A DNA stretch of 63,143 nt, counting the filler, from Perkinsus chesapeaki ATCC PRA-425 (taxonomy: Eukaryota; Protista; Perkinsozoa), in the NCBI GenBank assembly GCA_013115145.1. It is 6 parts of 6 records of this genome, joined end to end, with 100 filler letters (N's around TTAATTAATTAA, not from the genome) between each part and the next. Parts side by side here need not be neighbours in the genome. Positions count along the whole stretch, not along the records: positions 17,059 to 31,945 come from JAAPAO010000740.1; positions 32,046 to 37,987 come from JAAPAO010001115.1; 4 more parts are not named here. One strand, written 5' to 3'. The notes under the pieces are model-generated. The model searched no databases, was not told where the DNA came from, and saw only the letters and a program-made list of their open reading frames with translations. Positions 22,323 through 36,135 of the stretch are shown one piece after another. The position numbers and the translations under genes were made by a program. Each line of letters begins with the position of its first letter. The first letter of the stretch is position 1.

Positions 22323-25300
22323 ATGAGGACCGACACGGCGCGGTCATCTCAAATCTCTCCACCGCCAGGCGGCGACTCTTTATTGGGGCCGCCAGCGGGG
22401 CAAGGCAAGCCACCAATAGTCCTCGAGGAGGAGGTAGGCCTCAGTCCGCTCGATCTAACTGGGTTGAGCAGGTTGATGATAACTACGAGCCCACCGAACA
22501 AGAGATAATTGAGTATGCAGAATGGATAGGCATGAACGTCGAGGAAGACCGTGACCTTTTTTGGATCGCAAAGGAAGGTGTGCAAGCCTCCTTGGATTGG
22601 TTGAAGCTGACATGTCTGTGGAGCATCTTAAGAGTTAGTGGTACCTCAGAATGACAATTTTGCCAGACGGAGGTGTAGCTAGCGCCAGTGGGGCGGCAAA
22701 ATTGCATACTCGCCAATTGCACTGACCGGTGGTCTACCAAATAATACATCTCAACTTTACCCCGGTCGACCGCTACTTATCTATAAGTCTTACCTTAGGC
22801 CTGAAGGCTCCCTTACCGGCACCGTGGAAGCCATGCCAGACTGAAGAGGAGGATATCTTTTACTTCAACTTTGATACTGGCGAGAGTGTTTGGGACCATC
22901 CCTGTGATGAGTATTATAAAAAGCTTTATAGCGAACACAAGCAGCGGGAATTCAACGGTCGAAGTGAGCACGTTCGCGAGGGAGAATCTGAATCTCCTCA
23001 GAAGCTGCGCTGGAAGGCGAGAAAGGTGGTGCCGACAGGAGCGATGATGAGCATCCATTGCAGAGCAAAAAGAGATCGAAGGACAAGACAGAGAGCCCTT
23101 CGGAGAGGGTGGGCGCTGCCTTGAGAGTTTTGGTTTGGATGACACCATTAGATTGTTGCACCACCAGCGTTGCCGGCACTGCAGCTGGCACCACCCTTGC
23201 CAGGCGGTCCTCCTCCAGCTATACCCACGCTGGCGGGCCTAGGAGAGCTGTCTCGCCCGTCAACGGAATGGCAGACTGCAAGGAGGACCAATGAGAGGTC
23301 GGGTAGAATACTTGAGGCTCCAAACTCGCGGAGTGGATATTGAATCAATATCAATATTATTCCAGATATTGACTTCAATATCAATAAAGTCAATATTATT
23401 GGCGGCTCTCAATGGTCTGCCTACTGTCAGCCTGATCAGGCCATTGGTCGCAAGCGGAGACGCTGACCATGCTAGAGACATTGCCTCCGTGACTGCCTGG
23501 AATTCAAGGGAGTTGGCGATGATAGACGTGGAGCACACGACGGCTGTGGCGGCCATGAAGGAGCAACATGATAAGGTGGGGAAAGGGGGAGATGGTCAGA
23601 AGCTGATAGCTTGTACGCGAGCCGGCATAGTGAAGTACTTCCAAACGGCTGCGCTTATTCGTTGTGAAGGAACAGACTGGGACGCTGTCAGACCGCTATC
23701 CACTGCCTCGACTAGAAGGCATTTTATGTCGGTGCCAAGTCGCCGTAATGTTCCAGACTCTCCACGTAAATAGTCTTATGCTTCCGCTCATGTAACCGAG
23801 GTGTAAAAATCGTGAAGTGATTATAGCTTCTTTTGTCGAACCGCGATTACTGTTGGTTACTGTGTGGCAGAATAAGAAGGAAATGCAAACAGGATTTAAT
23901 AGAACTCTGTCGCGACTCACGGATGAACACGAGCGAGAAAAACAGGACATTGTGAAGAGCCACGAAAGAGAGATGCAGGGAGAACGCAAGAGACTTAGAG
24001 AGAAAATGCAACGAGAACGGGAGAAGATGACTGAGGTCAGTCGCCGCTGTAGGCACGGACGAGCGGCGGTCTGTCCGACTCGAGACCGTCATTATTGCCC
24101 AAGTTTGAATACTTTACTCAGCGTAAAATTGCTAACGTGGCAATCGACGTTTCGATCTCTCCGTGGCAAACAATCCTGATTTCTGCAAACCACTCACCGC
24201 GGGGGTTTTTTGAGAGCATCTATTCAGGCAATGGAGCGCGAGGTCGAAGAGGAGATGCGCGGGGAACGAGAGAGACTACGGGAGGAAGCTCGCCGAAGGA
24301 TTGAGCAAGAGCTACTTGACGCAGAGCGGTGGGCTTGGTATCAATCGGACTTCCGTATTCGAGCTCTCGGTCAGGTCCTGCAGGGAGGCAGAACTATCTG
24401 TGATAAATGGGGATCACGCAAGAGAGATCGAGAGGCTTGTGGAGGAGCACTGTGAAGCTGTGAGGAAATTACGCCAACGAAATGAGGAGGAACTGAAGGA
24501 AGTTAAAGTGGAGCACGAGCAAGTGAGGGCGCCATAGACTTGTAAAAGTCATTCGAAGTGGAGTGGCAATGCTTGCTTGAACAGTGGCGCCACTGTCTTT
24601 GGCCTAGGATACTCACACTTCTCATAGTACAATTTATACCAGTAAAACCATTCATACATTCTTACTCTATTTATAAATGGGGGCTCGAGATTTCCTCGGG
24701 ATTAGAGCCACGTTGTATATCTTTATCAGATGCTCAAGAAGTTGCAGTCTCAGCAAAAGCACGAGGCCGCCGCAGTGAAGTCCTCGGATAGTGGCACATC
24801 ATCACCAAAAGGACAGGTAGGCGGTCAGTAGGCGACGGGAAGGAAGAGTACTTCAGGCCCCTAACCGGCGGGAAGTGGAAGCCCGGCTCGAGCAAGAATT
24901 GAGGCCTTTGGTGGAGAAGAGCCTTCGAGAAGAGATTGAACCCCTTCTGGCTGCTGAGATACGCCGGCGAATCGAGCAGGAAGTGCGCAGAGAAATAGAC
25001 GAGGATCTGCGGGCTGGGCTGCTCACCAAGGAGCGACGCGAGGAGATTGAGAATGAGGTGCGGCATGGAATAGAATGCGAGCTGAAGCAGAGTGGAGAAG
25101 TTGTCGAGTCGGTGAGACGAGAGCTGCGCGACGAGCTTAGAGGGCCGGTGGAGGCGCAGCTGCGAGAAACTATCCAAAGAAGTATGACGGAACGAGTCGA
25201 GCAGGAGATGAGGCAAGGGATCCGGAGGGAAGTGGAGCGAGAACTGATGGCTGAGGTGGAAGTCAGGGTCGCGAAGAGGCTCACTGAAGAGAGGAAAGAT

Positions 25301-26569
25301 ATGTCTTTGAGAGAGAGCTCGGTCCTTGCAGATCTGGCGAACTCTACTATACTGAACAACTCGGTGGATTTGAAGGACTCTATTGTGAGCTGCGACTTCG
25401 AGGGTATTCTCAAGATTATGAGCGAACGGCGGAGGCAGCTCGAGGCGAAGGAACAGGAGGCTGCAGAGTTGATATCTGATAAAGAGGAAAGAATTGCCGC
25501 GGCCCTGAAGAGACTACACGAAACGCGCGAGCAGCTGTCCGCGGTCGAGGCGGATGCCACGGAGAAGGGCCATGAGCTGGTTCGGTTAAGAAGGGAGATT
25601 GCAAACAGAGAAAAAATTATAGGGTCGCTCAGAGACCAAATTGCTACCACCGAGGCGGAGATGCAGAGCGATCGGCGAGATGCTGAACATAGTGTTGCGG
25701 AAGCCCATCGTGAGTTAAGGAGAAGACAACGAGTTCTGGATGAGAGAGAGGCCGAGGTTGAAGCTAGGGAGATACGCCATGGGGAGATGCTGCGGGAGAT
25801 TCGAGCGAAAGAGGCGTCGTTATTAGCGGAAAGGAGAAGGCTGCAAGACGACTCGTCGAAGTTGGAAGCGGAGGCTGCTGAGATAGCCACCATGCAGCAG
25901 ACACTGAAGAGTATAACGCACGAGGTGAAGCAGACACAAGATATGTATTCCTCCCCTTTATCGGCCCGACCACCGATGACCGCAAGGCCTATTACGGATA
26001 CCGTCATTATGAGCGAGCTGGAGGAGATTAAATCGGCTATAGTGCAGCTGTCAGCTCGAGGGTCCCGACCGTTCGGCACACGAGCCCAGAAGGAGGCCAT
26101 AGAGGAATGCTTGTCATCAGATAGCGCGCATGCTATGCGAAGAGGGGACGGGGCCCACTACTGGCTTCGAGCCGAGAGAGAGTCCTTAACTGCTGCTAAG
26201 AAACGGATGGCTGCCGAACATGCCATGTCGCGGGCAGAGAGGGCTCGGTTGGAGATGGAAAGGCAGATTTGGAAGGAGCGAATGAGAGAGGCGAAACGGA
26301 ACGGCGACAGTCGCGCGAAGGGCGAACTTCTGCGGGCCAAAGCGGCGTTGGATTCTCGGGCGGCAGACTACAATGTATCAGTTGCAGCAGCACAAGTCGA
26401 GGCTGGGAAATTAGAGGAACGAGAGAAGGCTTTGGAGAAGTATGCGGCCTCCCGAATTTATCGAGACAGTGGAATGGGATCGAGATTCGCCGCACGAGCA
26501 GAGCCTCCGCCACCAATGCCTTTCAGCGATGATAGATACAAGTATACTCCAAAGAGTAGAAAGACATAA
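22323..26569 (+). CDS. CEP164: CEP164-like centriolar distal-appendage protein (WW domain plus long coiled coil), multi-exon
   Basis: [35 protein letters not shown]|[42 protein letters not shown] matches the characteristic CEP164 N-terminus. The E/R-rich coiled-coil terminal exon lies within ORF 24875-26569. Confidence 0.88.
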
Positions 26570-26738
26570 ATATTAGCATGCAGTAAGCTTCGCGAGTTCA
26601 ATGAAGAGTCTCAGGCTACTTGCCAGATCTTGTTAACCTATTAGATGCATCACGCGTGTCGTTCCCTTCAGTTTATCAACTTTTCCTCATATAAATCTGT
26701 CGTCCAACAGCTGCGGGTCACCAAGCTGTCGGCGAACC

Positions 26739-27693
26739 GTGCTCTTCCTATCCATCTACTTCTGTCTGAAAGTCGATGCCGCTTCGGCTTTACAGCCTTC
26801 CAGTGGTTTTCTGCAACCAGCGTACCAGCCCTCAGCCCCGCCGCCGGCACAGCAGGCGGTCGGCTTCGCTCCACCACAGCCAGTCTACTATTCTCCGGTG
26901 CAAGCGGTGCCTGGTCAAGGACCATCAATGGTGACGGGGACGAGTCCATCTTGGACCACTGTCATACTTGTCTGGATTGCAACGTTCTTTGTCGGTTTCC
27001 TCACTAACTTTGCGCTCATTCATTACTTCCCGGAGCAAACTCGAAGCATAAGAAAGGCTCTGAAAAGTAAGGACGGTCCTCTCGGCAAAAGATATCGCAT
27101 AAGAAGCTCCCTCGTAGGTTTCGGGTCTTCTGTATCCGGTCATATGCCCCAGGGTCAGCCAGCAGCTCACGTTGGTCAGATGGTCTCCAACCCTGTGACA
27201 GTTCTCACCCGGAAGGTGCAGCCCAGAGCTTCCAGTAAGTGATTAAGAATCATAGTCAATTTATGAGGCTGTGTGTTCAGTTGGTTCATCGAAAAGCGAT
27301 GGTGAAGCGGAAAGGGCTTCAAAGGACGCGAAAGTATCCCGCAAGAAGGATGATACATCAAGCGATAAGCTTCGTGTTCCTAAAATAAAGCTATCTGGCA
27401 GTCACAGCAAAAACGGGCATGATCGCGAACACACCCGTAGCCGGTCACGAAAACCAACTACAGAGGAAGGCGGGGAGTCGAAAAAAGTGAAGAGCGAAAG
27501 GTAGGCGAAGGCATCAATAATGCATTATCGTAGGACATCTGAGCATCGCCACGAGCTAATCGATTCCTCTGCCAGAGACCAGGAGAATAATATACCGAAG
27601 TGCCCTGTTTTCAGGTCCCATGAGAAGAGGCATCGAGTCCGCTCAGAGGACAATACAGTTCACTCTTCCGGCAAAAAGAAACTTCATCACTGA
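26739..27693 (+). CDS. Hypothetical membrane protein (P/Q-rich segment, one TM, basic tail), multi-exon; start uncertain
   Basis: TM-like WTTVILVWIATFFVGFLTNFALIHYF. GT-AG joins lead to K/S/R-rich exons ending at TGA 27691-27693. Confidence 0.55.
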
Positions 27694-30600
27694 TAACGAG
27701 GGTTCATTGGTGGGAGGAATATACCAACTATCTTGTCGCATGTACCATCATAATCTGAATCACGTTTTGAGTTCTGAGTGCGCGTACCCCCCTGACTGAA
27801 GAGCGCATCTAAGAACGAGCAGCGTGAGCAATCATATAACGTGAGGACCCCAATGGAAAAATATTCCCGATGGAGAAGAAAAAACGGGAAGTCTGATTTT
27901 CTCAGACTCTCCAAACTGAGATGAGCTTCAGTGTGTAAACCCGCAATGAACACCATTAGCTCCATTAGATATTGCAAATGCACGCCTCACAACTTTCCAC
28001 TGGGGTAGGATTCCCATCAGGAACCTCGCTCGCCCAGGGGCACGTTCACCCAATGCACAACTAGGCACGCACAGACTCTCCCTGCACTTGGCTTATATAC
28101 TCTATGCACAACAAGTTATGTTCTGCACTAAAATGCGATAAGACGTCCCATCGAGAAAGGATTGTCGCACAACGCCCATTTAGTGGCTTTAATGGCACCT
28201 GGTGACCACTGTATTATAAAGTCTGTATAGCTTGTATTCTCCAAGGCAAGCCATTGAAGGGAAGGCGTAGCGCCTGTTACTATTATCATAGAATGAAAGG
28301 GGAGGAGTAACGGTTGGAGCATAACAGGGGCCGTATGCGGATACTGATGCGAGGGGTGATTCAGATTTTTCACTCGAAATGAAACCCCATGCATCTTGAC
28401 TCCATCAAGATTACTTGAGTAGCGCAAGTTCGCAGAAGTAACGTAGGCTACGTTACGTAGCGCACAACTCGTTAATCGATAACTGACTTTTACAAAGCGG
28501 CCATGCTAGTTGTTTTCCCGGAAAGATTCCTGTGGTGTCTATTATGGGCCAAAGTCTATGGCAATGGTGAAAGTCCTCTTTGCCAACACCTATTTCGATC
28601 CCACCAGCCGTATACAAAAGGTGTCGAGGCGAAGCGTAGGAGGTGAGTACTACTACTCACTGAGTACTACTCAGTGAGTAGTACCATAGGCGAGTTTGTT
28701 CAATGGACTCAATTGTCAATATTAGGTAATGACGTAGCGAAACAGCAGTAACTGCAGTGGGAAGCGTTAGTGCCAGAGATAAATGACGTATTAGGAACAT
28801 CAATCACTGACAGTGAGTGATGTTCCTAATACGTCATTTATACGTCACAGTAAGCCACTCGAGCAGATAAGGGACGCGATCACCAAGGTAGTCTCAACAA
28901 ACCTCGATCTAGCATGTTTATCCGATAAACAGTTTATTTATCATTCAACGATCCCATGTTTAACCATTATGTACCTGTACTTGGCCTCGACCAAGACTGT
29001 GGGGGGGCGGGTAGGTTTGGCGGACGACTGAGTCAAGTAGTCTTAATTTTGATTGGCGTTCTATGGGCTACTCTTCCGTGTACATGCGTGTATTTTCATG
29101 ATATATAAAGCGTCTGCGGGGATAAATTACGCCAGATAGACATTTTTGCGTTCTTCTGCTGATGCCTCGTGCTCCAGTGGAACCCAGGATGGCCAAGAAT
29201 GCGCCCCAGCCGCTACTTGGCGGTGTGAAGCTTAGAAGAACTAATTAAACCACTGATCTGAGATCTTGAGCCATTTAGATAGTGATAACTGTGCCCGTCT
29301 TGGCTCGATGCTCTTACTTGATTCGTTCAACATCGTTATATTCCCTGTCTTCGTTATTGCCTTCTACGTTTATACAACAGCTGGCAGCCAGCTGCTGGTT
29401 TTGAGCTCCCCCAGTATTGAGAGTAGTCTACTCCCGATACATGTAGCATATGCGGGAAAAGAAGTGATACTCAACCCAAGCAATCATCACAAAATCGGTG
29501 AAAATATAGTCTATGGTGTTTTTATAGCCCCGAGTGTCAAAGGCATTCAGCAACTTGATACCGGAAAAGAACGCGAAAAGAAGAAAGTAGTTGAAATGAA
29601 GGCATACCAAAATGCCGAAATGTCCTACTAGTGTTATCTGCTCTTCTTGCAACTGCCAATGACCCATCAGATGAGTAATTATGATGGCATCGAGAAAGGG
29701 AAAATTCATCGGTCACACCAACTTCATATAGATTTCAAATCTATGTGTAAATATATTACATAACACTGCTCTATTAGCTCTTGTCCAAGAGCTAATAGCA
29801 GCCCCATGCCTGTCGAGTGGGCTGGCCGACCCTTCCATGTACTCTACTCGTAGCGACACTTCTGTAGCGCTTCTTCATAGCTGTCACTTTTTCAGTTTCT
29901 TATTCCATCGCCACAACCTTTCAGCGATCGCGCTCAAAATAGTAACGTCCGAGCGTAGTGGATCACAGAGCAGAAGACGAAGCTCAAGTTTCGGTCGACG
30001 CCGTAGGATGGTAGATGTCTTAGACTGCGTTACATCCCGCTGCTGACAAGCTCATCTGTGAGAACGCGTAACAGAAGGAAAAGCTATGGTTGGATCGACA
30101 CTGATTACGACGATGGATTCGAGTTTGACGTGAGAGCTTATTTCATGCAGACTTTTTGCTGTTACGAATGGCCTCAGACTCAGACGGTACGCGTCGACTG
30201 TGTGGTAAAAGCTACGACGCGGCTTGATCAGGGCGGTAGGAGATCTAGTCGATACAAGATTCGTGTATTATCAGAGAATAATTTTCTTGTATGATACAAG
30301 GAGAAGGAAGGCTGAGCCTGCCCCGGACGAGTTTATGGTCACAGCACCATATGTTGATGTCATCTTTAGTGTAGAAGCCTTTTAAACTACATTAAGCAAT
30401 CATAGATGGCCAGGTAAGGGACAAAGACTTTGTCACAAAGTCGTCTGCATAGCAGGCAAGGATCAATCCGATCAGCAGACATTGTGATGATGATAATGAT
30501 GCCCCACGTTATATATTGCTTGTCGTGTTTCTTATTGATTGAGGCCAAACATTAAGCGGCGTTTGACGTACCATGAGCGAAAAGCGTCATTGGATGTAGA

Positions 30601-31048
30601 AAAGGAAGGGAGTACTATAAACCAAACACACGGGGGTGTTGCTCCTAGTCGATCTCATAGTAACCCAGCACTATCTTCTTAAAAGATAATGACGGTAACA
30701 ATGTAGAGATTAAAGAGAAAAGTGAAAAAGTTATTATATTATAACCAACCAATCTATGTTACTTGCGTGGGCACGCAGCGTGCCCTCTAGCTACAAATGG
30801 GAAGCGCAAGTAAGTACAAGTAAACAAGTTGGAATCCGCGCACAGCGACAGGGGAAACCTACGGAAAGATTGGAAGCCGATAAGTGTGATACACTCAGTG
30901 AGTGTCACTCATCAAAATGGCTACAACTTAATGGCTAATGATGAAATATGATACTCGCCATCATTTATCTCCACCAGCATTTTCACTCTATCAGAAATAT
31001 TAAACCATAAGTGCATGATTGGCATTGTAGACCATGTCCAGTACAGCC

Positions 31049-31489
31049 CTACTCTTCGCATGTCATAGCGTCGTACATTCGCTCGGCGCTGTCATGGTTT
31101 ATAAGTTCGCCCACAGCCATGCCGTAGCCTACGTCCAGCCCGCAAACATTCTGTCGAAACACTACTAACTTTAAACCATTGCGGCGTACTTCTCCAGGAA
31201 GAACTCCCGCATAGTTCAACTCTTCTATGAAATATGAGCGAACATCTGGGTCGTACCAACGAAATGTAAACTCTACAGCAACATCTTTACGGTAATTGTA
31301 CTTTAGTCCAATGCATATACCAGTAGAAATTGACAAGTAGGCAGGCCTTTCACGATCATCAGGACACAGGATCGTGAGTTTGCGGTCACCATTTGCCCAC
31401 ACTGCACCGTACATCAAAGCTTTCACGTGAGATATCTGTCCCCAAAGGAGTATAGATAGTTCAAGGCCAAGAACATAGAAGAATCTCAT
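31049..31489 (-). CDS. Small secreted hypothetical protein, 146 aa, intronless
   Basis: ATG at 31489 gives signal-like MRFFYVLGLELSILLWGQISHVKA, and the frame is open to the stop at 31049. Confidence 0.65.
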   Translation of the reverse strand: MRFFYVLGLELSILLWGQISHVKALMYGAVWANGDRKLTILCPDDRERPAYLSISTGICIGLKYNYRKDVAVEFTFRWYDPDVRSYFIEELNYAGVLPGEVRRNGLKLVVFRQNVCGLDVGYGMAVGELINHDSAERMYDAMTCEE

Positions 31490-31945
31490 TACTAGTGAGT
31501 AATAACCTGTTAAAAAGCCTGGTTGACTGGTTCGCACCTGCACACTCGTCTTCCGCGTTATTAAATTCTGTGGGCAAAAGCACGGATGAAGGATTCCAGC
31601 GATTCCTCTTATGAGACTCACACCGTACGCGTGCTCTCTCAGCTAGTCCGCACAAACGGCTCCACCGTGGAGCCTCCACGTCTGTGACCGACCACAATAG
31701 CAGGAAAATGCAAAGACTCGTGACTACATGTAGCCGATTACACTCTTCCGAATCGAAAGTTCCGATCCGGTGCGTGGGTCTGAGTGTGGGAAAGTTAGCT
31801 GCATGCGAAACCGAAGATCGACTAGGTCCTTGCGCAAGGTGGAAAGAGACAGGGGAGCAATTTAGGATATTTTGCAGTGTGCCGCATGCCGCGCCGGTAA
31901 TGCGCGTCCTCCGACTTATTGGAAGTGCCCCCCACTAGAGCCATT

Positions 31946-32045
31946 NNNNNNNNNNNNNNNNNNNNNNNNNNNNNNNNNNNNNNNNNNNNTTAATTAATTA
32001 ANNNNNNNNNNNNNNNNNNNNNNNNNNNNNNNNNNNNNNNNNNNN
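31946..32045. other. Assembly spacer with six-frame-stop linker
   Basis: N-run with TTAATTAATTAA at 31990-32001. Confidence 0.97.
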
Positions 32046-32402
32046 CTTTATAATTTATATTATATTTTACCTTTATAATTTATATTATATTTTACCTTTA
32101 TAATTTATATTATATTTTACCTTTATAATTTATATTATATTTTATCTTTATAATTTATATTATATTTTACCTTTATAATTTATATTATATTTTACCTTTA
32201 TAATTTATATTATATTTTACCTTTATAGTTTATATTATATTTTACCTTTATAATTTATATTATATTTTACCTTTATAATTTATATTATATTTTACCTTTA
32301 TAATTTATATTATATTTTACCTCTATAATTTATATTATATTTCACCTTTATAATTTATATTATATTTTACCTTTATAATTTATATTATATTTTACCTTTA
32401 TA
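32046..32402. repeat. 25-bp AT-rich minisatellite, about 14 copies
   Basis: Unit CTTTATAATTTATATTATATTTTAC with a few single-base variants. Confidence 0.95.
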
Positions 32403-32447
32403 TTTTATTCAACGTCACAACTCCCTTTGACCAATCTTCATTTTCAG

Positions 32448-32519
32448 GAAGCATTCATGCATCGCATAAGCGAGATGAAGTCTTCCGAAGGCTCTGCTCC
32501 TTCTAACAGTACAGCCTGA
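32448..32519 (+). CDS. Possible terminal exon of a gene lost in the gap
   Basis: Acceptor TTCATTTTCAG followed by EAFMHRISEMKSSEGSAPSNSTA*. This would place the 25-bp array in an intron. Confidence 0.3.
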   Translation, partial: EAFMHRISEMKSSEGSAPSNSTA

Positions 32520-34199
32520 GTAGCCATCTCACCATCACCTGCTGCTGCTGGTCTATTGTCTACCTGTTCGTATTACTAGTACTATTAGATTTCTGTTAGT
32601 GCATGCTTATCTTAAAGTTAATGCCTCATTAACTTCCTGTGTCTTTAAAATATCTTTCGACCTCCTGTGTGGGTGGCGTTCTGGTTCCTGTCTCTATTAC
32701 GATTGGTTAAGCGATGCTACTCGATACTACTGTGTTCTCTTTGTTTTGCTTTGTATCCCGTGTTTTGTTAAGAGTCATTTTGTCAATTAATGCCGGGTGT
32801 TGGTGGTTATCTCAGCTGCTGCACTACTGGGCTCTGGTATCTAGTATTTGGTTCCTGGTAATCTGACACTTCAAAGCTGCACTTTTGGCGGCGGCTTATT
32901 TATATATTTAACGTTTGCTATATTATATACTACTGTTTATATGTTAGATCTTGCACATTCGTATTAAGGTTACTTGCTTACATTATCTTGATGATGCAGC
33001 TCGAGGTGTAGTATGGGCAATGAAGGAGGAACTCCACAAGCGACAACTGAAAGGAATTTAGCATCGACGAAGGCTTCAATAGGTTCATCATCAATGGTGA
33101 ATCTTTCGTTCATTTCCTATTTTCAAAATATCAATAGTATTTTGAGAAGCTATCTGAAATGGATATGATTATTAGAGATGGTTCCTCGCTTTAGATGCCA
33201 GGCCTCTCAGAACCGAGAAGTGTTTGCGTTTTAGGGGTAGCAGTAGTTCTGGTTGCGAATAATTCCCTCTGTGTTTTGGGTCGGCGGCTTTAAGTATTTA
33301 GCTTTGTTATCAATGAGGCTAACTGAGTGGGTGGTAGTCTCTTCTATATCGTCTTGGAGATCGAACGGTAAGAACACAACTGGGAGATTTGGCCCGGAAG
33401 GAGCAATCAGAATACGACCACAGTGGCGTAATCCGATTATAGCATGTTCAATTTGCATTGCATCTGTGCTATGTTCGGTCCCCGATGACCACATTTCTTA
33501 GAGGTTATATGGTTACTGTGTGAAACCTACAGATTTGATCGGAAAAATAAGATCTTATGAATCTTTTTTCGGGTCTTTCGGTGACTGAAGTATCAATGGC
33601 AGTGGAGGGGAGAGGAGGGGAATATCTCTGAACTGCGAAAAGGATGGTGTGCTCTTTTCAGCGGTGCCTTGTGGTTTTTATAAACGTGAAGGGCAGCGTA
33701 CAAGTTCTATTGGGAACGAAGTGATTGATGGATGTGGAGAGGCATACAGGACCGATTGTAGTATCGGGGGATCATTAAAGGAACGGAAAATGTTAAACTT
33801 TGAAACGTATTTTTGGTACGTTACTTTTATATCTTCGCATTTTTTGTTGAAAAGTGTTTGATCCCAAACTTGGCAAGTTATGTGCAATACATGTAAAGTA
33901 GTTCTTTCACTGGGAGGCTCGTAATCCCAGTTAGTCGTATTATTGGGACCTTGATTAAAACTTCCTGACTTTTCTGACTTCTTGGTTTTTTTTCTCGATA
34001 GAGTTATCAGATGATTTGTAATTGTTGTGGTAGGCATATCTCCGGATTCGCTGTATAATCGGTGCACCAGTTCGGACTGCCCATTTATGGCAATTAATCG
34101 TAATTTTGTATGTGAAGTTAATTGTGTGGATGAGCTGGGGTGTGCTAAACATGACATCTTAAAACCGTAAGACAAGGCTCCTGTGAGTGGAAGTATCGG

Positions 34200-35150
34200 A
34201 GGTCAGATATCCCGAGCAGGCCACTGGCCTGTGTAAGTCATGTTCAGTGAGGGGTTGCCTACGATGCGATCAAGCTGATAGATGCTCTAAATGCTCGACA
34301 ACATTCCTATTGCGGCCGGATGGGACTTGCGAGTTTATGTAGTCGGTCACAATGTTAGCATTGATTCGATCGGTTCAGGTATGCGAGATTTTTTCCGATG
34401 ATTTATTGGGTGACGGCCCCGATTGCTGTGATGGTTCTAATTTATATCATATACGCAGTAATGACGACTCTGGAAGGGTCAGTTGGGAGGGTTGATATTT
34501 CAGGCTTGGATGCCCGCGAAACGCCCTCTTGAGATATCATTTGGGGTGAGTCCGTATGGTACTGGATCGATAAGATAACTCGGTTCTGTGATAGCTGAAC
34601 TCCTCGAAATCTCAAAATTGCAAATTATTCTGCAAATCATATTCTTAAATATCCAAGTAGGTTGTGATGAGTACGGCATCCAGCTGTCTCAAATACTAGA
34701 GGACCTTGATGAGTATTGATAGTACCGACTAGACCAATTCTTGGAACAGTTACTTCACCATCGTCGATGCCTTCCACGCCGCAGTCCAACACGCTCGAAC
34801 GGATACACTGCGGTTGAAGCGGGTGATGAGATGGCAAGTGAGGACCCGTTGTAAGTTACTAAAGCAGCAGACCACTGACAGAAATAGAGTTATCAGGTTC
34901 TCGATTCGCTCTACGAATATGCATCATGATTATGTTATGGGTGTTGGGCTTGCATTGTAAGTGTATCTCTGTGTTTGTTTGCCCAGCTCCATGATTCCGA
35001 ATTTCAGTGTTCGTTTTTCCGTCTTTTGATTGTATTTTCCCGCACGCAGGTTTCTTACTGCGATGCTGCTGCCAACTGCAACATCACACCGTGTGATGTT
35101 GCAGTTGTACGTGTGACTCACACCCAAGTTAGTACGACGTCATCATCACG
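34200..35150 (-). mobile_element. Decayed retrotransposon integrase remnant
   Basis: Broken frames give LGVSHT, LYFCQ..AVYPFERVG/LDCG and PYGLTP in the expected integrase order, with many stops. Confidence 0.3.
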
Positions 35151-36135
35151 GTGATGCCATTGGTATCGACTGCGTGGCTTTATGTGCACATCTTTGATGG
35201 ATGTAGACTCACAACTCGTGAGTCGCGACGTTATAATGGGATCCATCATCTGAGTTTTTACGCGGGGCCAATGTAAGTTGAGCCCACCATTCCATATAAT
35301 GAAGGGCGGCTCGTTGAAAACTGGTTACCCAGGGAAGCGACGGTCTGTCGCGTGGAGCTCATTGAGATGAGATTATTAAGCTTCGCTGAAGGCTTTAGCC
35401 TTAGATCTTATCGTTCACGTATTTTCCCGAATAACAAGCAAAAAGAAGCAGTGAGCAAAGTTCACACCGAACAAACATTCAGCGTTCACTTGTCTTGTAA
35501 CTACATGGCGATTTTTGCAGTTGAACGCCAGATGTAGCCGGACTTGACTAAGTACTTCCAGAAGCAGTGGTTGTGCAAGAGGTGCACCTGGAGTCAAGGA
35601 TGCTAAGACATCCCTCCGAGTGTACCCAGACACAACAATGCCATGGAAGGCACAAACCGGGCACTGAAGAACGGTCTCATCAAAACGAACATTTCTCCTC
35701 ATGCTTTGATCGCAGAGCTAATCATGATCTGTAGGGAGTATTCAGAGACATGAATGGTTAGTTTCTTGCGGGGTTTTACGGAAGACTCTTACCTCTGGTA
35801 GAGCCAGAGTTGGTACTACTGGCTTAAGTTAATGATAATGCTTGAGTGCACCAGGCTCATTGAGCCTCGGTCTGGATAACTGCTACGGCGGCTCGAACGC
35901 AACACAATCACAACATGCTCATGTTCTATATCCGAAAGTTCCTCCGAGTGTTGTGTTCTCGACAGAGCGTCTGATACAACTTCGTTGAAGCACCTTTCAT
36001 ATAATCCCCTAATCTAGAATTTCCCATTTAACGCTAGTCTTATACTGCGAGCCATGTGACGCCAGTGAACACTAAAAATACGCTCCTTAGCACAAAGTCT
36101 CTCGTGAGAAAGGGGAGATATGCACCTTATTTCAG

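Noticed and set aside
24853-26100. 415-aa antisense ORF within CEP164
   Set aside because: S/L-rich shadow expected opposite an E/R-rich coiled coil.
29258-29273. Minus-strand TGGCTCAAGATCTCAG matching the SL 3' end and flank at 30-45 (15/16)
   Set aside because: The 5' part of the SL is absent and the match was found post hoc. Only a genome-wide search could rescue it.
29428-29709. TIDYIF motif suggesting a CCR4/EEP C-terminus
   Set aside because: No supporting upstream motifs, and a competing ORF lies on the other strand.
30913-30924. 12-nt match to the dinoflagellate SL (GTAGCCATTTTG, minus strand)
   Set aside because: Too short, and it lacks the GCTCAAG end.
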